Source: Thermoproteota archaeon
Lineage (GTDB): Archaea > Thermoproteota > EX4484-205 > JAAOZP01
Assembly (NCBI GenBank): GCA_038867695.1
Contig: JAWBXT010000001.1
Coordinates: 169-64,168, forward strand
DNA length: 64,000 bases
Reading direction: 5' to 3'
Made by a program: the position numbers and the translations under genes
The notes under the pieces: generated by a model
Seen by the model: only the letters and a program-made list of their open reading frames with translations
Databases searched by the model: none
What the model was told of the DNA's origin: nothing
Part shown: piece by piece, positions 9,615 to 19,250 of the stretch
Layout: each line of letters starts with the position of its first letter
Numbering within the stretch: position 1 is the stretch's first letter

Positions 9615-10662
9615 GCTCCTCTAGGATTGATAGATTCCCTCCACTGTATTTTATGAGGTCTTTAAGCTTATTGTAAGCCGTACCGCTTTCTAACGATTCC
9701 CTCGCTATTTCAAACGCTTCGGAAAGATTCTTAGCCTTCCCACCTAGAAAGATTGCAGCCGCAGCGTTAATCAAAACCATGTTTCTTTTCGAAACAAGTC
9801 TATCATCTCCCACACGGTTTCTTAATATGTCTAAAGCCGCCTTTACGCTCTCCTCTTTGGAAGAGACTTGAATGTAGTTTTTATCCGCTCTTTTTAAATT
9901 AAAATCCTCTGGTTCGATGTATTTTGAAACAATCTTTCCGTTGGACACGAGGAGGACATTAGTTCTACCGGTTATGGAGATCTCATCTAATCCATCTGAG
10001 CCGTATACTACCATCGCATTCTCCACACCTATATTCTTGAGTACATTTGCAATGGGTTTAAGGAGATACTTTTCACAGACCCCCATCAGCTGAGCATTAG
10101 CACCGGCGGGATTGGTCAGAGGACCCAGAATGTTGAAAACTGTTCTTATCCCTATCTCTCTCCTGGGCACTACCGCATGCTTCATAGCTGGGTGGAAAAC
10201 TGGGGCGAACATGAATCCTATTCCAATGCTTTCTATAGACTTCTCCACGGCCTCAGGGCTCATGTTAAGGTTGAAGCCTAATGCTTCGAGAAGGTCTGCA
10301 CTACCGCAATTACTCGTTACGGAACGGTTTCCGTGTTTCGCTACGTAAACGCCTGCTCCAGCAGCGATGAGGGCTGCTAAAGTGCTTACGTTAAAAGTCT
10401 TCACAGAGTCTCCCCCTGTCCCACAGGTGTCGACAAGTCTACCGTTAACACTGGGGTTAATACGAATGCAGAACCTCCTCATAACGGATGCGAATGCAGT
10501 TATCTCTTCGACAGTCTCTCCTTTCATCCTCAACGCAGTAATGAATGAAGCTATCTGGGCATCGCTTGCTTTACCAGACATTATTTCAGTCATCGCTTCC
10601 TCAGCCTCTTCTGGAAGGAGGTCTTCCCTTCTAACCAGCTTCGCTATACATTCCCTTATCAA
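9598..10662 (-). CDS. trpD: anthranilate phosphoribosyltransferase
   Basis: DTCGTGGD motif and glycine-rich loops. Confidence 0.9.
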   Translation of the reverse strand: MIRECIAKLVRREDLLPEEAEEAMTEIMSGKASDAQIASFITALRMKGETVEEITAFASVMRRFCIRINPSVNGRLVDTCGTGGDSVKTFNVSTLAALIAAGAGVYVAKHGNRSVTSNCGSADLLEALGFNLNMSPEAVEKSIESIGIGFMFAPVFHPAMKHAVVPRREIGIRTVFNILGPLTNPAGANAQLMGVCEKYLLKPIANVLKNIGVENAMVVYGSDGLDEISITGRTNVLLVSNGKIVSKYIEPEDFNLKRADKNYIQVSSKEESVKAALDILRNRVGDDRLVSKRNMVLINAAAAIFLGGKAKNLSEAFEIARESLESGTAYNKLKDLIKYSGGNLSILEELENNG

Positions 10663-10665
10663 AGC

Positions 10666-11250
10666 TTATACACCTCCCTCGAGAAAATTCTTCAATATCC
10701 TCCTCCCCTCTTGGGTAAGTATAGACTCGGGATGGAACTGTACCCCTTCAATAGGGTATTCAACATGTCTTAAACCCATTATCTCACAGTCCTCCAGTGA
10801 ATATGCGGTTATTTTCAATGAGGAGGGCATGTCAAAGGCGCTTACTACTAAAGAATGGTAGCGTGTAGCTTCGAATGGGTTAGATACTCCTCTGAATATC
10901 CCTCTACCATCGTGCTTAATCATACTCGTCTTTCCGTGCATAAGCCTGCTTGCATGAGAAATCTTTGCGCCGAAAGCGTACGCAATACCTTGGTGCCCTA
11001 AACACACGCCGAGTATGGGAATCCTAGGGCCTAGTTTACGTATTATTGAAACACAGTTTCCAAAATACTTCTTGTCTTCCGGAGTACCTGGGCCGGGTGA
11101 TATTATGATTCTGTCAGGCCTAAGCTTACTAGCCTTCTTATAATTAAGTACATCATTCCTAAAAACCATTACTGATGCGCCTAATTCTCCTAAGTACTGG
11201 GCGATATTGTATACGAAAGAATCGTAATTGTCTATTAAGAGGACTCTCAT
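10666..11250 (-). CDS. trpG: anthranilate synthase component II (glutamine amidotransferase)
   Basis: Class I GATase with catalytic GVCLGHQ and an HPE motif. Confidence 0.85.
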   Translation of the reverse strand: MRVLLIDNYDSFVYNIAQYLGELGASVMVFRNDVLNYKKASKLRPDRIIISPGPGTPEDKKYFGNCVSIIRKLGPRIPILGVCLGHQGIAYAFGAKISHASRLMHGKTSMIKHDGRGIFRGVSNPFEATRYHSLVVSAFDMPSSLKITAYSLEDCEIMGLRHVEYPIEGVQFHPESILTQEGRRILKNFLEGGV

Positions 11251-12656
11251 TATCCCCCACCCGCCACTTTCAGAGCCTTCAATAAAGCTCTTGCCTTATG
11301 CTCTGTTTCAAACCATTCCTTCTCGGGAATGGAATCTGCAACGATTCCTGCTCCAACTTGAATGTGTCCCCTGTTTTTGTTCACTACGAGGGTTCTAATC
11401 GTTATTGCAAAGTCAGCATTACCGTTGTAAGAGAAGTATCCCACTGCACCAGCATAGGGTCCTCTCCTAGTCGGCTCAAGCTCCTCGATTATCTCCATCG
11501 CCCTGACTTTAGGAGCTCCGGAAACCGTTCCAGCAGGCAGCATAGTTCTAAGAACATCGAAGCAATCCTTGTCTGGTGCAAGTACTCCAACAACCCTGGA
11601 GACAATATGTTGGACATGGCTATACCTATGTATTACCATAAAATCAGGCACTTTTACCGAGCCATATTCCGCAACTCTACCTAGGTCATTCCTAGCTAGG
11701 TCTACAAGCATTACGTGTTCTGCTCTTTCCTTAGGGTCTGCTAAGAGTTCTTTCGCCAGCTTATCGTCTTTTTTCGGATTCCCAGTCTTCTGACGCGTAC
11801 CCGCTATCGGATATGTTTCAATAGTCCTATTCTCGACCCTAACAAGCATTTCAGGGCTTGACCCTATTATGCAAGTGTTACCGTGTTTTAAGAAATACAT
11901 GTAGGGAGAAGGGTTGATTTTACGCAGAGCTCGGTAGAAGCGCATAAGGTCTCCACCAATGTTAAAACTATATCTTTTTGATAATACAACTTGAAAAATA
12001 TCCCCGTTGAAAATGTACTCCTTAGCCTTAGTTACGATTTCTTCATAGTTCTCTTTGCAAATATTCGGCTTCAGCTTGTTAAACTTCAAACTCCCAAAGC
12101 TTATACTAGACTTTAACTTTCTTTCCAGAATATTCAATCTATTCTCAACGGTATAGAAGTAATATGCCTTCCTCCTAGTGTGATCGAACACTATCCCATC
12201 ATCATAAATACCCATCTCCAAATCTGGAAGCTTCAAATCATCTACAGCTATAGATGGGAGTTGTTCCCAATACCTTACAGCGTCGTAGGAAACGTAGCCA
12301 ACAGCACCACCAGCGAATCTGGGACATTTCCGCGAAAGCACTTTAACACTTATCTCTTCTCTTATGATTTCAAGCGGATCGCTAGTTTTAACAACATCTT
12401 TCTTATCACCTGTTATCTCTGTCCTACGGTCCTTAACTTTAATTATCATCCTTGGATCAAAACCTATGAAGGAGAATTCTGCAAGCTTTTGAGGACCAGT
12501 CACTGATTCCAGTAAATACACATAATCATATTCGTACACCAGCCTGGAGAAAACGTCAATTGGGCTTTCATAATTGATTTCCTTGATTTTAAAATCTATT
12601 TTAACAATTCCGCTAGACGGTCGATTACTAAGAGAGACGATGGTTCGAGTAGCCAC
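11250..12656 (-). CDS. trpE: anthranilate synthase component I
   Basis: Chorismate-binding enzyme fold, first gene of trpEGDCFBA. The ORF extends to 12821, but the first ~55 codons are non-TrpE-like (Cys/Phe-rich). GTG at 12656 is the likely start. Confidence 0.8.
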   Translation of the reverse strand: MATRTIVSLSNRPSSGIVKIDFKIKEINYESPIDVFSRLVYEYDYVYLLESVTGPQKLAEFSFIGFDPRMIIKVKDRRTEITGDKKDVVKTSDPLEIIREEISVKVLSRKCPRFAGGAVGYVSYDAVRYWEQLPSIAVDDLKLPDLEMGIYDDGIVFDHTRRKAYYFYTVENRLNILERKLKSSISFGSLKFNKLKPNICKENYEEIVTKAKEYIFNGDIFQVVLSKRYSFNIGGDLMRFYRALRKINPSPYMYFLKHGNTCIIGSSPEMLVRVENRTIETYPIAGTRQKTGNPKKDDKLAKELLADPKERAEHVMLVDLARNDLGRVAEYGSVKVPDFMVIHRYSHVQHIVSRVVGVLAPDKDCFDVLRTMLPAGTVSGAPKVRAMEIIEELEPTRRGPYAGAVGYFSYNGNADFAITIRTLVVNKNRGHIQVGAGIVADSIPEKEWFETEHKARALLKALKVAGGG

Positions 12657-12844
12657 AAGTCCTTTCGCGAAAGTAAAGCAATATATAAAAAATTCTGAAC
12701 AAATGAATGCATGTATACATTCGTACATAAAAGGAAATAATAAATTCTTCTGGGAATCCATAACGTACTCTGATAACCCATTTTTGTTGAAAACAATTAG
12801 GGGCTGAACAAGAGAAACCAATAAATAGCTATTCTACATAATGG

Positions 12845-13153
12845 GTGGAGGCTCAAATGAGCGGGAAAATAACCATATCTAGAGAAGAAATGCTACATTA
12901 CGCTAGGCTTTGCAGAATCTCATTAAGCGAGCAGGAAATAGACAGGCTTTTGAAGGATGTTAACGAGATACTCGGGTATTTTGAAACCATAAGAAGCCTT
13001 CAGCTGGATGCTGAACCCATGACTTATGTAACTGGCGTAAACGAGTCTCTTAGAGAAGATGAGCCTGCCGAAACTCTTAGTGAAGAAGAAGTCTTCAAAA
13101 ACGCTGGGGAGAAAGAGGATAAATGGTTCGTATCTGGTCAACTATGGGGTTAA
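12845..13153 (+). CDS. gatC: Asp/Glu-tRNA amidotransferase subunit C
   Basis: 102-aa acidic helical protein directly upstream of, and overlapping, gatA. Confidence 0.65.
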   Translation: MEAQMSGKITISREEMLHYARLCRISLSEQEIDRLLKDVNEILGYFETIRSLQLDAEPMTYVTGVNESLREDEPAETLSEEEVFKNAGEKEDKWFVSGQLWG

Positions 13154-14574
13154 ACAGCTTTTCAGAGCAGGTTATAGAGGTTCAGGAGGGGTCTATAGAC
13201 CCTGTGGAGAGGGTACATCAAGCTCTCGAAAAGATCGAGGCAAATAGGAAATTGAACGCATTCATAACGGTAGATGCAGAGGGAGCATTGAAGAAGGCTG
13301 AGGAGATTAAGAGGAAAAAAGCTAAAGGCGAGAAATTAGGCGTATTGGCAGGAATCATAGTAGCCGTTAAAGACAATATTTCCACAAAAGGCTTAAGGAC
13401 TACATGTTCTTCCAAAATGCTTGAAAACTATGTTCCCGTTTATGATGCCACTGTTATAGAGAGGATAAAGGTTGAGGATGCAATTATAATAGGAAAAACT
13501 AACATGGATGAGTTTGCAATGGGATCTAGTACTGAAACATCATTCTTCGGACCCACGAGAAACTTTTTTGACCACTCTAGAGTAGCAGGGGGAAGCAGCG
13601 GTGGAAGTGCCGTCGCAGTCGCATGCGAGGCCGTAGACGTTGCGCTAGGAAGCGATACTGGTGGTTCAATAAGGAACCCTGCTGCATTCAACTCCATAAT
13701 TGGTTTGAAGCCGACATACGGTAGAGTTTCACGCTACGGCTTAATAGCGTATGCAAGTAGCCTAGACCAGATAGGACCTATGGCCAAAGACACTTTACTA
13801 ACATCACTTCTTCTCCAAGTAATAGCTGGAAGAGACTTAAGGGATTCAACCACTCTTAACAAGCCTGTTCCAAATTATGTTGAAGAAGCTCTGAAGAAAA
13901 CAAAAGGGGTTAAGATAGGTGTGATAAAGGAGGGTTTCGATAATGTAGATGAAAGGGTTTCTAGAAAGGTCTATGATGCATTAAAAGCTCTTGAGGAAGC
14001 CGGGTGCCTTATCGAAGAAGTTTCTATGCCCTTTATAAAATATGCTCTTCCTGCATATTACATAATAGCCACTGCGGAGTGTTCGAGCAACCTGGCCAGG
14101 TTCGACGGAATCCGTTACGGAGGAAAACCCGTAAGGGGAAAATGGGAAGAACAGCTTGTTAAGATCAGGACAGAATGCTTCGGAGAAGAAGTTAAGAGGA
14201 GGATATTCTTAGGCACTTTTGTACTCTCCGCAGGCTATAAGGAGGATTTCTACATAAAAGCCTGTAGAGTTAGGAGGAGGATATACGACGAGTTTAAGCT
14301 TTTACTCAAGAATTATAGTGCTCTGGCAACACCTACAATGCCAGTCCTACCCTGGAAGATAGGGGAATTCCTCTCCCCATTAGAAGTTTATATGATGGAT
14401 ATTGAAACCGTTGCAGTTAACCTAGCGGGATTGCCTGCGATAAGTATTCCGGCAGGATTTGTGGACTCCCTACCTGTGGGACTTCAACTAATAGGAGGCC
14501 ATTTTGATGAGGCAACGTTGTTAAGGATATCATATGTCTACGAGAATGAAATAGGTTTTACTAGATGGTTTTAG
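13123..14574 (+). CDS. gatA: Asp/Glu-tRNA amidotransferase subunit A (amidase signature enzyme)
   Basis: Amidase signature GGSSGGSA and Ser-cisSer-Lys context. The true start is probably an internal Met near 13144. Confidence 0.85.
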   Translation: MVRIWSTMGLNSFSEQVIEVQEGSIDPVERVHQALEKIEANRKLNAFITVDAEGALKKAEEIKRKKAKGEKLGVLAGIIVAVKDNISTKGLRTTCSSKMLENYVPVYDATVIERIKVEDAIIIGKTNMDEFAMGSSTETSFFGPTRNFFDHSRVAGGSSGGSAVAVACEAVDVALGSDTGGSIRNPAAFNSIIGLKPTYGRVSRYGLIAYASSLDQIGPMAKDTLLTSLLLQVIAGRDLRDSTTLNKPVPNYVEEALKKTKGVKIGVIKEGFDNVDERVSRKVYDALKALEEAGCLIEEVSMPFIKYALPAYYIIATAECSSNLARFDGIRYGGKPVRGKWEEQLVKIRTECFGEEVKRRIFLGTFVLSAGYKEDFYIKACRVRRRIYDEFKLLLKNYSALATPTMPVLPWKIGEFLSPLEVYMMDIETVAVNLAGLPAISIPAGFVDSLPVGLQLIGGHFDEATLLRISYVYENEIGFTRWF

Positions 14575-14630
14575 ATCCTCAAGGGAGGCGCAGAAAGGTT
14601 ATAAACCAGTTTTAAATTCCTCCTCGAGGG

Positions 14631-15725
14631 ATGCTTCAGAAGGCTCCTATGCTGCTCATACCTGGTCCGATAACGCTTCCCGAGAGAGTTTTGAAAGCTA
14701 TGGCTAAGCCAATAATAAATCACAGAGGGGAAGAATTTCACAGGCTTTACGAAGAGATAGAGGAGGGATTAAAATACGCCTTCCAGACTGAAAACGACGT
14801 TTACATAATAAGCGGCTCTGGCACTGCTGGGATAGACATGGTTTTCCAGAACTTCGTTTATGAAGGGGAGAGGGTTCTGATACCCGACTTCGGAGATTTT
14901 ACGGAAAGAGCTGTGGAGAACGCTTTAAAAGTGGGTGCTAAACCAGTTACTGTTAAGGCGGAGTGGGGTAAGCTTCCGAGCCTAAGGGAGATAATCAGCA
15001 TAATCGAGAAGGGGGATGTGGAAAGCATTTTCATAGTGCATAACGAGACCTCTACCGGTGTAACGTTCAGAATGATGGAGGAAATACGTAACGTCATTGG
15101 AGATAGGGATATACTTGTTTTCGCAGATACTGTTTCAGACCTTGGTGTAGAGCCTTTTTACACCGATAAGTGGCGTATCGATGTCTGCGTAACAGCCAGC
15201 CAGAAAGGCCTTGGAGGACCTCCTGGATTATCCTTTGCATCAGTAAGCAAGAGGGCTCTAGAAAAGGGGTTAGGCAACCCTAGAAGGAGAAGTTTTTATC
15301 TCGATATCGAGAAGTTACATAAGTTTCATTTGAGGAAAGAGACGCCATTTACTCCCGCCATCACGTTGTTATACGGTATGGCTGAGGCCCTCAATATACT
15401 TAGAGAAGAAGGCTATGAGGGGAGGATAAGAAGACACAGGGAGAATGCTGAGATGATATACGAATTCTTAGAATCAGAGGGGTTTGAAGTTTTTCCGCAA
15501 GAGGAGAAGTACCGATCAATATCCATAATAGTTTTCAAAAACAAAAATTTTGATGCATCCAAAACGATTAAAAAACTATATGAAGAATATGGAATACTTA
15601 TTGCGAGGGGGATGGGTAAGCTGAGAGATGAAACCACCAGGATAGGAAACGTTGGATACGAGGGAAAGGAAGAGATAGAGTATTTCCTCAGATCATTCAA
15701 AACCATATTGAATACTATGCGGTAG
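14631..15725 (+). CDS. class V aminotransferase (serine-pyruvate / alanine-glyoxylate family)
   Basis: SQKGLGGPPGLSF PLP-lysine region in an AGXT-like fold. Confidence 0.8.
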   Translation: MLQKAPMLLIPGPITLPERVLKAMAKPIINHRGEEFHRLYEEIEEGLKYAFQTENDVYIISGSGTAGIDMVFQNFVYEGERVLIPDFGDFTERAVENALKVGAKPVTVKAEWGKLPSLREIISIIEKGDVESIFIVHNETSTGVTFRMMEEIRNVIGDRDILVFADTVSDLGVEPFYTDKWRIDVCVTASQKGLGGPPGLSFASVSKRALEKGLGNPRRRSFYLDIEKLHKFHLRKETPFTPAITLLYGMAEALNILREEGYEGRIRRHRENAEMIYEFLESEGFEVFPQEEKYRSISIIVFKNKNFDASKTIKKLYEEYGILIARGMGKLRDETTRIGNVGYEGKEEIEYFLRSFKTILNTMR

Positions 15726-15844
15726 ATATTATGATAGTTTATACTGCTGGTTTTTAACAAACGACTCTTTTTGAAGCAGAAGCTTAACACAATATTAATT
15801 GGGCTTTAAAGGATCGTATGAAAAAAGATTATTATAAAATAAAT

Positions 15845-16579
15845 CTACTCTACTTCTTTTACAGCTACTTCAGCCCTGGTCTCTATCCTTTCGATCTTAC
15901 CGTCACGTATCCAGAATATCCTATCACTGACGTCGATCATTTTCAAGTCATGCGTTGCGTTTATTATGGTAACTTTCTTTTCAGTATTTAGTGTCTTCAA
16001 GAGGTTGATTATCTCCAATCCAGTGTGAAGATCAAGGTTTCCAGTCGGCTCATCTGCAAGGACTATAACCGGATCATTTACTAGTGCCCTAGCTATTGCA
16101 ACCCTCTGTTGCTGTCCGCCTGAAAGTTCACCAGGCTTATGGTCCAACCTGTCTCCTAAGCCTACCCTAGTTAGCATTTCTCTAGCTCTCCTCACTCTTT
16201 CATCTCTCTCAACTCCAGTGAAAATCATCGGCATCATGACATTCTCCATCGCTGTTAACACAGGTATAAGATTAAATGTTTGGAAGACATAACCTATCTT
16301 CTTGGCCCTTAGCCATGCTAGCTCGTAGGCATCGAGGCTTGCTATATCCACTTCGTCAATGAACACTTTCCCCCTCGTAGGTCGATCTAAGCCTCCAACC
16401 ATGTTGAAGAAAGTGGTCTTGCCGCTTCCCGACGGGCCCATTAGTGAAAGATATTCTGACCTTTTGATTCTCACACTCACTCCGTCTAGGGCTTTTACCG
16501 TTACTGGACCCATTATATAGTATTTCGCCAGATCCTCCGTCTCAACAGCATACTCATATCTTAGGGACATTTCCCGCAC
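15845..16579 (-). CDS. ABC transporter ATP-binding protein (MacB/LolD-like)
   Basis: Walker A GPSGSGKTT, LSGGQQQR signature, Walker B ILLADEPT. Confidence 0.85.
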   Translation of the reverse strand: MREMSLRYEYAVETEDLAKYYIMGPVTVKALDGVSVRIKRSEYLSLMGPSGSGKTTFFNMVGGLDRPTRGKVFIDEVDIASLDAYELAWLRAKKIGYVFQTFNLIPVLTAMENVMMPMIFTGVERDERVRRAREMLTRVGLGDRLDHKPGELSGGQQQRVAIARALVNDPVIVLADEPTGNLDLHTGLEIINLLKTLNTEKKVTIINATHDLKMIDVSDRIFWIRDGKIERIETRAEVAVKEVE

Positions 16580-16582
16580 CTC

Positions 16583-17236
16583 CTAAGCTTCATACCTTAA
16601 TGCCTCCGTGGGACTCAGCCTAGAAGCAATGTAAGCAGGCACCAGAGAAGATATTGTTGCTATGAGTACACCTAAGAGTATGTCTATCAGCGGGTTTGCT
16701 AAAAGTACCAAAATATCGTTGAAGCTACGGGGCATGAAGAAATTAGTCCATAGTCTAACTGCACTGACGAATATTTCGGGATTAGCTCTAGAGAAATACT
16801 GCCATAATGTTGCTACACCCCATCCGGCGATGGCACCTATGCTACCACCTATTAGACCTATTAGAAAAGCCTCTATCAGAAATATCTCTATCACGTGCGA
16901 ATTCATTGCACCTAGGCATTTCATGGTCCCTATCTCCTTGTATCTCTCAGTAACGCTCATAAGCATACTGTTTACGATTCCTACCGAACATATTAGTATA
17001 GCGATAATCGCCATCCAGATCTGATATGTCTGTACAAGTACTCCAGATCCCTCCTGGTATAGTAATGAAACTATTCTTCCGGTCGTTAGGAGGAAGGAGA
17101 GGAAAGAAATTCCTAGTATTATTGAAGTCATTGTTATAAGCGCTCTGCTGAACCTGAATCTGATGCTTTCTAGGCTAAGGAAGAACGCTTCCGAAAGGGG
17201 GAATTTCACTCCCTTATTCTCGCTCAACCGTCCCAC
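16583..17236 (-). CDS. ABC transporter permease, short FtsX-like 4-TM domain
   Basis: Four hydrophobic helices directly upstream of the ATPase (3-nt gap). Confidence 0.55.
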   Translation of the reverse strand: MGRLSENKGVKFPLSEAFFLSLESIRFRFSRALITMTSIILGISFLSFLLTTGRIVSLLYQEGSGVLVQTYQIWMAIIAILICSVGIVNSMLMSVTERYKEIGTMKCLGAMNSHVIEIFLIEAFLIGLIGGSIGAIAGWGVATLWQYFSRANPEIFVSAVRLWTNFFMPRSFNDILVLLANPLIDILLGVLIATISSLVPAYIASRLSPTEALRYEA

Positions 17237-17458
17237 CCATTGTGGATTTCCAGCATATTTAAAGCTTATTAATCTTTATGTGTAGCACTCTGTACATGAA
17301 CATAAGCGATTTCATAGGGAATTTAGAGAGGATAACGCTAGTTTTAGCAGTAGGTATCTTAGTGATAATCATATACTTTATCGTCAGAAAAACTATTAAG
17401 CGTTGAACAATGATTGTACGTAAATATCCCAGGCAACATATTAAACAATGGTTTATAA

Positions 17459-18976
17459 TTGGAGAGAATGCAGATGTCTAGAGAGGAGCTTATCCAGAGG
17501 TATATTGAGGCTATTCTTGAAAAGAGGAGGGAGATATCAAGAGAGGAGCTTATCCAGAAAATAGAGGAGAGGAAGAAGCATGCCCGCGTTAGCGAAGCAT
17601 ATAGAGAGGTCTGGGCTGTTTTCAGCATAGCGAATGAATTGGGTGTAAGGTTGGAGGATATTTCACTAGAAAAGGAGATTAAGATTGGCAGCATTGTTTC
17701 TGGACTTACCAATATTTCGACGCGGGGGAGAATTATTGCCGTTCTTGAGCCGAAGGAAGTCGAATCCGGCAATGGGAAAATCATGATAACAAGGGTTATA
17801 ATAGGGGATTCCTCCGGCTGGTGTTACTTATACTTGTGGAGAGAGAAAGCAAACTTGCTCCAGGAGCTCGGTATTGACGTCGGAGATGTTATCAAAGTAG
17901 CTAGAGCATACAGTAAGGAAGGAAGACTTGGGACCGTGGAGATACATCTAGGTAATACAGGAAGCATATCAAAGATTGGAGAAAGCCCCGACATACCTCC
18001 CAGAGAAACTTTCTTTAAAAAACTCAGAGAACTAAACTATAATGACAATGTCGTTAACATTAAGGCTATGGTAATAGGGGTTTCTGAGTTAAAGAAGTTT
18101 TCAGATCCAGTGAGGGGCGAGGGGGCTGTTAGGAGGATTATCCTGGCGGATGGAGATTTTAGAATGCCGTTAACCCTCTGGCATGAACATTCTACAAGAA
18201 TAGCCGAAAAAGATGTTTTCAGTATGGTTCTAGTAGCCGGAGCTAGGCTTAGGAAGGGCTTAAGCGGAAACCTAGAATTAGAACTCAATTCAATGGGGTA
18301 TTTAGAAATACTCAATAAGACAGGAGAGGCGAAGTATAGTGTTCTTTCTAAGGTAGATCGGGGTAAACTCGTCAACCTAAAGCTTCAGGTACTCAAAATG
18401 TTTAAGGATAATACTATCTCCTTAGGAGGAAGGGTTCGAAGGGTTATGGATACCATTGTCTCAGACGGTGAATCCTACGCCGTATTAACTTGCTGGGGCA
18501 ACATTATAGATAAGCTTAGACAGATAGATGCTGAAGGTAAGAGAGTATCATTTCTAAACGTTATCGTTAGAAACTGTGAGAGACAAATATTGCTAAGCAC
18601 GACCTCGTCTACAACTATAATTGGTGTTGAAGAGGGTCTTCCGAACCTGAAGATTCCTGAAAGAGCATATAGGATTAGTGAGCTTGAACCAGGTATGAGA
18701 AAGATTCATGTTGAGGGTGTTGTTTCCACAAACCCAGAAGAGCAGGATGTCGTTTTAGCCACCGGAGAAAGGATAAGAGTATGCCGTCTAAACCTGATGG
18801 ATGATACGGGGTTGGTGGAAGTAATAGCATGGCGCGAGAATACCAGCAAAATACTAGAATTAAGGGCGGGAGAGGGGATAAGAATTAAATGGTGCAACGT
18901 TAGGGAGAGGGGAATAGGAAGATTATGCATTGAGGTTACTGACGATAGTGAGATAGAGGTGGTGAATTTTGGGTGA
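17459..18976 (+). CDS. RPA-like protein with four predicted OB-folds and an N-terminal repeated helix (putative ssDNA-binding protein)
   Basis: Four blocks of about 100 aa each with an OB-fold-like beta pattern. SREELIQ is repeated at the N-terminus. No zinc-finger motif is present. Confidence 0.5.
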   Translation: MERMQMSREELIQRYIEAILEKRREISREELIQKIEERKKHARVSEAYREVWAVFSIANELGVRLEDISLEKEIKIGSIVSGLTNISTRGRIIAVLEPKEVESGNGKIMITRVIIGDSSGWCYLYLWREKANLLQELGIDVGDVIKVARAYSKEGRLGTVEIHLGNTGSISKIGESPDIPPRETFFKKLRELNYNDNVVNIKAMVIGVSELKKFSDPVRGEGAVRRIILADGDFRMPLTLWHEHSTRIAEKDVFSMVLVAGARLRKGLSGNLELELNSMGYLEILNKTGEAKYSVLSKVDRGKLVNLKLQVLKMFKDNTISLGGRVRRVMDTIVSDGESYAVLTCWGNIIDKLRQIDAEGKRVSFLNVIVRNCERQILLSTTSSTTIIGVEEGLPNLKIPERAYRISELEPGMRKIHVEGVVSTNPEEQDVVLATGERIRVCRLNLMDDTGLVEVIAWRENTSKILELRAGEGIRIKWCNVRERGIGRLCIEVTDDSEIEVVNFG

Positions 18977-19250
18977 TGAGGCTGTAGTTATTGTTGGGAG
19001 AAAGAAACCTTGGAGTTACGTTACGGCATGTATTACCGTGTTCAATAGTGGAAGCAAAACACTTACCATAAGGGGTAGAGGTGAGAACATCTCTAGAGCA
19101 GTTGATGTTGCCAACTTATTGCGAAGAAACATAGCAGGCACACAAATAATCGAGGTAAGGATTCTGGAAGAAAGCGGTGGTGGAACTTCGAGAATAACTC
19201 CCGTGATTGAAATAGTTGTGGAAAACCCTCACTTAAAAGAAGCTAAGTAG
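18969..19250 (+). CDS. albA: DNA/RNA-binding protein Alba
   Basis: Alba hallmark VVIVGRKKPWSYVTA...TIRGRGENISRAVDVANLL in a 93-aa protein. A TTG start at 18969 overlaps the upstream TGA (18974-18976). Confidence 0.8.
   Translation: MGDEAVVIVGRKKPWSYVTACITVFNSGSKTLTIRGRGENISRAVDVANLLRRNIAGTQIIEVRILEESGGGTSRITPVIEIVVENPHLKEAK

Noticed and set aside
11298-12506. Several 60-130-aa plus-strand ORFs inside trpE, and similar antisense ORFs inside trpB, trpD, rpoB, rpoA, guaB and PolB
   Set aside because: All lie fully within strongly supported genes on the opposite strand and show no domain signatures.
12657-12821. N-terminal 55 codons of the trpE ORF as called
   Set aside because: Their composition (CIHAFICSEFFIYCF) is unlike TrpE. 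A GTG at 12656 gives the conserved N-terminus, so this is treated as 5' leader or promoter, not coding.
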